A stretch of 64,000 nt of DNA from Candidatus Nanoarchaeia archaeon (GTDB taxonomy: Bacteria; Patescibacteriota; Microgenomatia; Woykebacterales; RBG-16-39-9b), in NCBI GenBank assembly GCA_036514715.1, contig DATBWR010000001.1:8644-72643 (forward strand). Direction: 5' to 3'. Below the pieces are notes generated by a model that was not told the origin of the DNA, did not search any database, and saw nothing but the letters and a program-made list of their open reading frames with translations. The position numbers were made by a program, and so were the translations under genes. Numbering within the stretch: position 1 is the first letter of the stretch; every line of letters begins with the position of its first letter. Of this stretch, positions 57,819 through 64,000 are shown piece after piece.

Positions 57819-58370
57819 ATGATTAGTAAAATTGTCCTTGGACTTGCGGGATTTGGAGCCGCTGCCGTCTTACCAGTTTCTGCTTTGGCAGCTAACCCAA
57901 ACTTAAGTATCCGGCCAATACCCTACCCATCGGTCCGAATTATTAACGTGACTCCAGGTAACCCACTACACTTAGGGGCTTGTGGCAAACTGGAAGTTGG
58001 TGGTCGGGGTTGGGTGCGCTATGAGAACTTTAACGGCGGGGTCGAAATTTCTGTTCGAGGCGCTCTAGCGGTTAAAGAAGAAGATCTTGGTAATCTCAAC
58101 ATCAACGGCTTTAACTGGAAACACCAGCGTGGTAGCTATATTGTTTACCACGGTCGAGGAACAGCCAGTGGTAATGGTTCCGACTTGGATTTAGTGGTTT
58201 TGGGGAAAGCCAAAATTGGCTCTTATGGTTGCGGACAAATTAGTCTCAAAGGTTACTGGCAAGGTACCTTTCAGCCTTTCTGGATAATCCACCCGCTTCC
58301 CGAACCCGTACCTCTACCGCTTCCGGTTGAGTTGAACGAAGTGGAGGCAGAGGTAATGCTAGTCAACTAG
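57819..58370 (+). CDS. secreted beta-rich hypothetical protein, ECF target
   Basis: Signal peptide ending ALA-A, Gly-rich beta strands, strong SD. Confidence 0.7.
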   Translation: MISKIVLGLAGFGAAAVLPVSALAANPNLSIRPIPYPSVRIINVTPGNPLHLGACGKLEVGGRGWVRYENFNGGVEISVRGALAVKEEDLGNLNINGFNWKHQRGSYIVYHGRGTASGNGSDLDLVVLGKAKIGSYGCGQISLKGYWQGTFQPFWIIHPLPEPVPLPLPVELNEVEAEVMLVN

Positions 58371-58398
58371 CACCACTAAGGTTGCAAAAAAAGGGTAC

Positions 58399-58445
58399 AA
58401 GAAAAGGACACGCTTACCCTCCAAGTGTCCTTTTCTTTTTTTTTT
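58399..58445 (+). terminator. intrinsic terminator
   Basis: AAGAAAAGGACAC/GTGTCCTTTTCTT plus long T-run. Confidence 0.75.
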
Positions 58446-58492
58446 GCAAAAGAAAAGAGGCCTTGCATCAAGTGCAAAACCTCTTGCTTTGT

Positions 58493-59245
58493 CTAATTGA
58501 CTTTAGTTAACTCGCAGTAGATCCAAGTCGGTGGTAGACTAAGTTGGTAAAGCCAGGACGCTTCGGAAGGCTCACCTACTGCACTAAGGACTTTAACTTG
58601 ACACCACCAGTGGTTGTCTGCAAAGGTTAGCCCGGAAACAACCTCAACTTTACTTCCCGTGAAGACGTAAAGGTAATCTCCTTGGCTTCCGATAAGAGGT
58701 TCTCCAGCTGGTGACTTTCTTGCCAGGAAGTTGTAGTTTGGGTAACCGCGATCCCCGACTTTGATATTAGGTCTTGGCAGAATCAGTAAGTCGTTGACTT
58801 TGACTAACCAACCACCTTCCGGGGTGTAAGTCGCTTCACCTTCCCCATAAACACTGCTACTTTGGAGAACTTTGACAGGCCAGAATTTACCTATAGGAAA
58901 TTCCGTAGGTGTTCCAGTTACCTCTACAACATAGGCATCGTAGGACCTTGTCTCGTAAAGGCAGTCTTCCAGTTTGGTTGCTGAAATGATCTCCCATTCC
59001 GGACAAACTGGTAGTCGAAAAGGTTGGTCAGGAGTTTGATGCTCATCAGCAACCATGTCTCCAATAGCGAATCGGTAGGTTGGTGTTGGAGTTGGGGTAG
59101 GTCTTGCCGCTACGTTGGTTAAGGGTTCGCCAGTGGTCGTTACAGGCTCTTTTTTGACCAGTACAAGCTGTGAGACACCTACTATTAGGATAGCTACAAC
59201 AACTATCCAGACCAGAAAGGAGTTGTTGCGCAGCCACTCTCTCAC
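58493..59245 (-). CDS. membrane-anchored hypothetical protein with PT linker
   Basis: AGAGGAG SD, N-terminal TM, PTPTPTPT. Confidence 0.7.
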   Translation of the reverse strand: MREWLRNNSFLVWIVVVAILIVGVSQLVLVKKEPVTTTGEPLTNVAARPTPTPTPTYRFAIGDMVADEHQTPDQPFRLPVCPEWEIISATKLEDCLYETRSYDAYVVEVTGTPTEFPIGKFWPVKVLQSSSVYGEGEATYTPEGGWLVKVNDLLILPRPNIKVGDRGYPNYNFLARKSPAGEPLIGSQGDYLYVFTGSKVEVVSGLTFADNHWWCQVKVLSAVGEPSEASWLYQLSLPPTWIYCELTKVN

Positions 59246-59278
59246 TTTGATCTCCTCTATTGAATTTTATAGGCTATT

Positions 59279-60472
59279 TTAGCTGAATTTCTGCAAAAAT
59301 TCCACTACGCGGTCAGTTTCAGCTTCGGTTATGCGCGGGAAATTAGGTAGGTTAATGGTCTGGGCGGCTAATTTCTCAGCGACTGGGCAAGAGCCGGATT
59401 GGTAGCCGAATTTGGAAAGATGGACACTTTCCGGATAAATCACGCTGTTATACCAGTTACCAAAGGGTATTTTTTGGGCTCTGCCTTCTTCAAAAATCCT
59501 TTTAGCCTGGGGGTGGAAAGCAACTACTCGTAGGTAAATACCTTCGTGAGCAGGTAGAAGTTTTAAGGAGTTTTCCTTCACTTTTTCACGGTAGATATGG
59601 GCAACTTCCCCTCTGCGGACGTTATAACTATCAACGTTGTCGAGTTCCTCGCAAGCAACGTGAGCGAAAACATTGGGTAAAAGGGTTGGGTACCAGCCTG
59701 GATTCTGACCGGAAAGCTCTTTTTGACTAGTAACTACGTTAACCAAGTCAAATTGGTATAAATAGCGCACTAGGGAACTGCCCCACTCCTTGGAAAGAAG
59801 TTTCCTAAAAAGCAGACGCCAGGAAAAGTAGTTGTTAATTTCCCTGAGGATATTACCCAGAGGCAAGGGTTTGAGAAACTTTATCTCATCTTCAACAGCC
59901 TCTACTAAAGCTTCATTATTAACTAGCAAGGCTCCACCGGTTAAAGAGCTGATAACTTTTTCCCGACCAAAGGAAAGGATAGCTAAGTCGCCAAAAGTAC
60001 CCAAAAGACGCCCGTCAACTTTGGCTCCCAGGGAGTGAGCACAATCTTCAATGACTTTTAGTTTGTGGTTATCGGCAATTTTGAGAATTTCCTTAATCTT
60101 GGCAGGATTTCCGAAAGTGTGTTGAACAATAATTGCCTTAGTGCGAAGGGTAATTTTAGCCTCCAAATCCTTGGGATCCATATTTAAAATCTTTTCTTCA
60201 ATATCAACGTAAACCGGGGTTGCACCGACCCACAGGACCGGATTTGGGACCGCGTTGCAGGTATAGGCTTGTACCAGTACTTCGTCGCTCTGACCCACCC
60301 CCAGAGCCTTAAGAGCCAAAAAAATCGCACTTCTTCCGGAATTAACCACAAAAACCTTAGTTTTGAAAAGCGTGGCCAGTTTTTCCGTTAGTTTTTCCGG
60401 ATACGGGCCTTTTTGCAGGGTATTAGGTGAGACTAAATGTTTAAGTAAAAGTTTTGGGGTTGAACTAGCCAT
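59279..60472 (-). CDS. DegT/DnrJ/EryC1/StrS PLP-dependent aminotransferase
   Basis: NSGRSA, QHTFG, IEDCAHSLG, SFGREK, INLP. Confidence 0.9.
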   Translation of the reverse strand: MASSTPKLLLKHLVSPNTLQKGPYPEKLTEKLATLFKTKVFVVNSGRSAIFLALKALGVGQSDEVLVQAYTCNAVPNPVLWVGATPVYVDIEEKILNMDPKDLEAKITLRTKAIIVQHTFGNPAKIKEILKIADNHKLKVIEDCAHSLGAKVDGRLLGTFGDLAILSFGREKVISSLTGGALLVNNEALVEAVEDEIKFLKPLPLGNILREINNYFSWRLLFRKLLSKEWGSSLVRYLYQFDLVNVVTSQKELSGQNPGWYPTLLPNVFAHVACEELDNVDSYNVRRGEVAHIYREKVKENSLKLLPAHEGIYLRVVAFHPQAKRIFEEGRAQKIPFGNWYNSVIYPESVHLSKFGYQSGSCPVAEKLAAQTINLPNFPRITEAETDRVVEFLQKFS

Positions 60473-60542
60473 AACTCAAAATCTTAACAGATTTTTAGAT
60501 TGTCTTAAACCCGTAAATTTTGTATAATCGTTGGGTAATTTT

Positions 60543-60629
60543 GGGCGAGTGGCGGAATTGGTATACGCGACGGACTTAAAATCCGTTGGCCTTACGGCCT
60601 TGAGGGTTCGAGTCCCTCCTTGCCCACCA
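60543..60629 (+). tRNA. tRNA-Leu(TAA)
   Basis: ACGGA-CTTAAAA-TCCGT, variable arm, CCA; TTGTCT-17-TATAAT promoter upstream. Confidence 0.95.
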
Positions 60630-60642
60630 AACTTCAACGAAC

Positions 60643-61176
60643 TTATTTCCTATAAAGTCGATTGGAGAGTTTGATTAAAGCAAAACCGGCTGCGGCAAAA
60701 ACTGGGAAGAGGTAAATTCCTTCTGGGCCGGTGTCAGGAAGATTATCAGTAGTCCCAGCAACTTGTCCAGGTTCTTCGGTTGCAGTTGGTGGAGTTGGTT
60801 CTTCCTCTTCTTCAGGAGTACCAACTACAGCCACAGTTTTCTCGTTCTCGTCATCAGCCAAATACAAAGTTGTACTGGAATTATCAGTTAAAGTGAGTTC
60901 CCTTGAGGTGGAGCTTGCATCAACTTCGACAAAAGTTTCGTTGGAAGGCTCTTTTTTGACAGTGTGGTTTTTGTCGTCCTCGTTCTTAACTTTAATGACT
61001 TCGTCGTTACCAACTTTCAGTTCATCAGTAGTAAACTTACCATCTTTATTAATAACTAAAGTTTTAACCTTGGTAGAATCTGGCCCCTGCACAAACCTAT
61101 AAATCAGAAAGCCAATCCCAATTAGAACAGCAATTACAACTACATAAACAGCAATTCTCTGGTATCTTGGGTCCAT
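60643..61176 (-). CDS. surface protein, cupredoxin-like fold, LPxTG-type sorting signal
   Basis: N-terminal TM, N.D...HTV motif, C-terminal LPDTG plus hydrophobic segment plus RK tail. Confidence 0.65.
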   Translation of the reverse strand: MDPRYQRIAVYVVVIAVLIGIGFLIYRFVQGPDSTKVKTLVINKDGKFTTDELKVGNDEVIKVKNEDDKNHTVKKEPSNETFVEVDASSTSRELTLTDNSSTTLYLADDENEKTVAVVGTPEEEEEPTPPTATEEPGQVAGTTDNLPDTGPEGIYLFPVFAAAGFALIKLSNRLYRK

Positions 61177-61295
61177 ATGAGTGCGATATTACTCTGCCTT
61201 ATAGTAGATTTCAAGTAGTCAACTTATCTTCAACTTTTATCGACTTAGACTTTAAGGTCGAATTTTAGCTTTAAAACTGGTATAATCGTCTGCAC

Positions 61296-61381
61296 GCGGG
61301 TGTGGCGGAACGGTAGACGCGCTACGTTCAGGTCGTAGTGATCGCAAGGTCGTGGAGGTTCAACTCCTCTCACCCGCACCA
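61296..61381 (+). tRNA. tRNA-Leu(CAG)
   Basis: CTACG-TTCAGGT-CGTAG, variable arm, CCA; TG-n-TATAAT upstream. Confidence 0.95.
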
Positions 61382-61401
61382 GTGTAAGAAAATAGTTAAC
61401 T

Positions 61402-61438
61402 GCCAGATCTAGATATTGGTATACGCTATAGACTTGAG
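61402..61438 (+). pseudogene. degenerate 5' half of tRNA-Leu(GAG)
   Basis: GCC...TTGGTATACGC...CTTGAG; 37 nt, same length as GCC-to-anticodon of the intact tRNA at 62077. Confidence 0.5.
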
Positions 61439-61455
61439 TATGTTAGGGTTAAGAT

Positions 61456-62112
61456 GTGATTTGGACTTCTCGATTAGCATACGTCGTCGGTTTAATAGCT
61501 ACAGATGGAAGTTTATCTAAGGATAAGAGGCATATTATTCTTACCTCCAAAGATTTGGAGCAAATTCAGACCTTCGCAAAACTTCTGAATTTGAAAAATA
61601 AAATTGGTCTTAAGGGTAGTTCGTATAACAAAGAGAAGAAGTATTACTTTATCCAGTTTGGAAATGTTAGGTTGTACAGGTTCCTAGAAAGTATCGGTTT
61701 GACGCCTAATAAAACAAAATCTATTTCTACTCTTTTAATACCGGATAGTTATTTTCCAGACTTCCTTAGAGGAAGTCTGGACGGCGATGGTTATACATAT
61801 TCCTACTGGGATCGAAGATGGAAAAACAGCTTCTTGTTATATCTAGGATTTATTTCAGCAAGTAAAGCACATCTTGAATGGATTAGTAGCAAAATCCAGA
61901 AACTTTATGGATTGAAAGGGAATATTAATTTCATGGGGAGATCTACGTATAGACTTATTTTTGCAAAAAGAGCCTCTCTCGAACTTATTAAAATGCTTTA
62001 CTATCAAGATAATTTACCTTGTTTAGGGAGAAAGAGGTTAAAAATTTTGCGTTCGTTAGATATAATATTGCACAATGCCGAGGTGGGGAAACTGGTAGAC
62101 CCGCTACCTTGA
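61456..62112 (+). CDS. free-standing double-motif LAGLIDADG homing endonuclease
   Basis: Motifs LAYVVGLIATDGS and FPDFLRGSLDGDG; last 36 nt lie inside tRNA-Leu(GAG). Confidence 0.87.
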   Translation: MIWTSRLAYVVGLIATDGSLSKDKRHIILTSKDLEQIQTFAKLLNLKNKIGLKGSSYNKEKKYYFIQFGNVRLYRFLESIGLTPNKTKSISTLLIPDSYFPDFLRGSLDGDGYTYSYWDRRWKNSFLLYLGFISASKAHLEWISSKIQKLYGLKGNINFMGRSTYRLIFAKRASLELIKMLYYQDNLPCLGRKRLKILRSLDIILHNAEVGKLVDPLP

Positions 62113-62163
62113 GGTGGTAGTGCTGTAAAAAGCGTGCAGGTTCAACTCCTGTCCTCGGCACCA
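62077..62163 (+). tRNA. tRNA-Leu(GAG)
   Basis: GCCGAGG/CCTCGGC acceptor, CTACC-TTGAGGT-GGTAG, variable arm, CCA. Confidence 0.95.
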
Positions 62164-62169
62164 TTAAAA

Positions 62170-62592
62170 TTGTATGCCAAAAATAGGGGAACGGAAGATC
62201 AAGAATTTTTTGTAGGCCAAAAAGCCTTTATTGATAAAAATGGGGAAATTTTAGTACTTATAGATGAATTTGGATTAGACCTTCCAGGAGGTAAGATTCA
62301 AAAAGGTGAAGAAGATTTTAGTACCTCTTTAAAAAGGGAGGTTAGAGAAGAAACAGGCTTAGAAATTGAGGTTGGAACACTTTTTCAGTCTTGGCAATGG
62401 AAGATGAGACGAGGACCAAACATCGGTAAGTTAATCTTTTTGGTTGGATATAAATGCAAGTATTTGTCTGGTGAGCTGAAATTAAGTGAGGAGCATAACA
62501 ATTTTCGTTGGGTTAATAAAAACAATTATCAGGAACTTGGTGATGATGGTGAGTACTTTAAAGCAATAGAAAAGTACTTTGAGGGTGGTTAG
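62170..62592 (+). CDS. NUDIX hydrolase (start uncertain, possible 5' frameshift)
   Basis: PGGKIQKGE...LKREVREETGL Nudix box; SEEH..W. Confidence 0.8.
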   Translation: MYAKNRGTEDQEFFVGQKAFIDKNGEILVLIDEFGLDLPGGKIQKGEEDFSTSLKREVREETGLEIEVGTLFQSWQWKMRRGPNIGKLIFLVGYKCKYLSGELKLSEEHNNFRWVNKNNYQELGDDGEYFKAIEKYFEGG

Positions 62593-62641
62593 CTTAGTTG
62601 GGATAAGATGCATTTGATCTTCGATCAAAAGTCAGATCGTC
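62583..62641 (+). other. tRNA-Val 5' fragment plus hairpin motif, copy B
   Basis: GGGTGGTTAGCTTAGTTGGGATAA-GATGCA-TTTGATC-TTC-GATCAAA-AGTCAGATCGTC, 16 nt upstream of tRNA-Val(TAC). Confidence 0.8.
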
Positions 62642-62657
62642 TTGTTTTAGAAAATCT

Positions 62658-62736
62658 GGACGGTTAGCTCAGTTGGTTTTAGAGCGCTTCGTTTACACCG
62701 AAGAGGTCGCAGGTTCGAATCCTGCACCGTCCACCA
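62658..62736 (+). tRNA. tRNA-Val(TAC)
   Basis: CTTCG-TTTACAC-CGAAG, GTTCGAAT, CCA. Confidence 0.95.
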
Positions 62737-62758
62737 AATTTCGTATAATTAGGGTAAT

Positions 62759-62833
62759 GCCGGGTTAGCTCAGTGGTAGAGCGCCTGCCTGAAGAGCAGG
62801 GCGTGCGTGGTTCGATTCCGCGACCCGGCACCA
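62759..62833 (+). tRNA. tRNA-Phe(GAA)
   Basis: CCTGC-CTGAAGA-GCAGG, GTTCGATT, CCA. Confidence 0.95.
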
Positions 62834-62840
62834 TATTTAT

Positions 62841-62893
62841 CGGGGCGTAGCTCAGTTGTAGGCTAGTCCTTCGGACTGGTCCTGCCACTGACC
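62841..62893 (+). other. tRNA-Pro 5' fragment plus hairpin
   Basis: CGGGGCGTAGCTCAGT identical to start of tRNA-Pro at 62950, then CTAGTCC-TTC-GGACTGG hairpin. Confidence 0.75.
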
Positions 62894-62949
62894 AATAGAG
62901 AGCTAACTACTCTCAACCTCGTACAATTTAACTAAGTTTAGTGAACCGT

Positions 62950-63024
62950 CGGGGCGTAGCTCAGTGGTAGAGCGCGCGCTTTGGGAGCGTGAGGCCGCAC
63001 GTTCGATCCGTGTCGCCCCGACCA
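62950..63024 (+). tRNA. tRNA-Pro(TGG)
   Basis: CGGGGCG/CGCCCCG acceptor, CGCGC-TTTGGGA-GCGTG, CCA. Confidence 0.95.
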
Positions 63025-63035
63025 GAAGTTATAGA

Positions 63036-63455
63036 CTAAGTTTGTGGGTTACTGTTTCTATCTGATATCTCACTGATTAAAGACTGACTTTTAGCTATTA
63101 AATTTTTGGTTTCTTGGCGGATCAATTGGTGATCGTTTGGAACTATTCGTGCCGTTCCTAAAATATTTTGTTGGTTTTCAGTAGCTATACTAGCCCTACC
63201 ATTAATATGTTTCTGTCTAGTAAATGTCCCACCTGACAAGGTAATTGTCTGTCCAGAAAGGAGTAATCCTTGTGTAGTTTGTTCAGGAATCTCCGGCCCA
63301 ACTTCTATATAATGAGTTAGTTGCGAAATAGTGACAACTTGACTTGATGATTCTTTAGAAATTAAATAATCCAATAACTCATTAACTACTAAGGCTGAAA
63401 GGCCAATAACTAACACGCAGAAAATTAATTTTGCTGGTTTGGGTGGTGTTTGCAT
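63036..63455 (-). CDS. hypothetical membrane-anchored protein
   Basis: 139-aa ORF with N-terminal TM filling the tRNA-Pro/malic enzyme gap. Confidence 0.5.
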   Translation of the reverse strand: MQTPPKPAKLIFCVLVIGLSALVVNELLDYLISKESSSQVVTISQLTHYIEVGPEIPEQTTQGLLLSGQTITLSGGTFTRQKHINGRASIATENQQNILGTARIVPNDHQLIRQETKNLIAKSQSLISEISDRNSNPQT

Positions 63456-63493
63456 AACAAAATTTTAACACTTTCTGTGCTATATTAGAACCT

Positions 63494-64000
63494 ATGGATT
63501 TTGGCGAAAGGGCGATTGAGCAGGCGAAAAAACTACATGGCAAAATTGAAGTTGTTTCCAAAGTTAAAGTTCGCACACGTGAGGATTTATCAACTGCCTA
63601 CACTCCGGGAGTTGCTTCTGTTTCCACTTTAGTTGCGAGCAATAAAAAACTTGCCTACGATCATACGATCAAAGGTAATTCCGTCGCCATAATTTCTGAT
63701 GGCTCAGCGGTTTTAGGATTGGGCAATATTGGTCCGGAAGGCGCTTTGCCCGTTATGGAGGGTAAGGCTCTGCTTTTCAAAGAGTTTGCTAATATTGATG
63801 CTTACCCGATTGTTCTCAATACTCAGGACCCAGACGAAATTATTGCGGTAGTTAAAGCAATTTCCCCTGGATTTGCCGGCATAAATTTGGAAGATATTAG
63901 CGCACCCCGCTGTTTTGGAATCGAAGAAAAACTGCGAGATATTGGCATTCCGGTTTTCCATGATGATCAGCACGGTACAGCAATAGTAATTTTGGCCGCT
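63494..64000 (+). CDS. NAD(P)-dependent malic enzyme, 5' part (runs off window)
   Basis: Translated by hand: MDFGERAIEQAKKLHGKIEV...DLSTAYTPGVA...SDGSAVLGLGNIG...PVMEGKA...INLEDISAPRCF...VFHDDQHGTA. Confidence 0.93.
   Translation, partial: MDFGERAIEQAKKLHGKIEVVSKVKVRTREDLSTAYTPGVASVSTLVASNKKLAYDHTIKGNSVAIISDGSAVLGLGNIGPEGALPVMEGKALLFKEFANIDAYPIVLNTQDPDEIIAVVKAISPGFAGINLEDISAPRCFGIEEKLRDIGIPVFHDDQHGTAIVILAA

Noticed and set aside
61402-62163. Group I intron in tRNA-Leu
   Set aside because: The downstream tRNA is complete by itself, the upstream half would not pair with the 3' half, and the ORF fills the interval with no ribozyme core.
62679-62888. 69-aa minus-strand ORF
   Set aside because: Antisense to tRNA-Val and tRNA-Phe.

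Overview
Mostly core chromosome of a small-genome bacterium, very probably Patescibacteria/CPR (Microgenomates-like). This is inferred from the gene set: a type IV pilus operon without secretin, shortened PheT and ThrS, murT-gatD plus a Fem ligase, no fab genes around acpP, and many leaderless genes. Content: xer recombinase, glyA, an orphan histidine kinase, gyrBA, holB-like, a 13-gene type IV pilus cluster, rpmF-nusB-acpP-rnc-rpsP-khpA-trmD, tyrS-recG, PBP1A, pheST, thrS-tsaC-infC-rpmI-rplT, clpP, a cell-wall cluster, a GT2-GH26/GH26/deacetylase/GH16 glycan locus, hicBA, an ECF sigma module, 10 tRNA genes and the start of a malic enzyme gene. The most unusual signal involves the tRNA genes. 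A free-standing double-motif LAGLIDADG endonuclease gene reads into an intact tRNA-Leu(GAG), uses its anticodon loop as the stop codon, and is preceded by what looks like a decayed 5' half of a tRNA-Leu. Three other tRNAs (both tRNA-Val genes, 22 kb apart, and tRNA-Pro) are each preceded by an orphan 5' fragment of the same tRNA type fused to a hairpin. The two Val-associated copies form a conserved, covarying ~58-nt motif. Also present: dispersed GAA-loop palindromes, a duplicated ~85-nt structured element, in-frame insertions in housekeeping genes, and an ACP lacking its phosphopantetheine serine.
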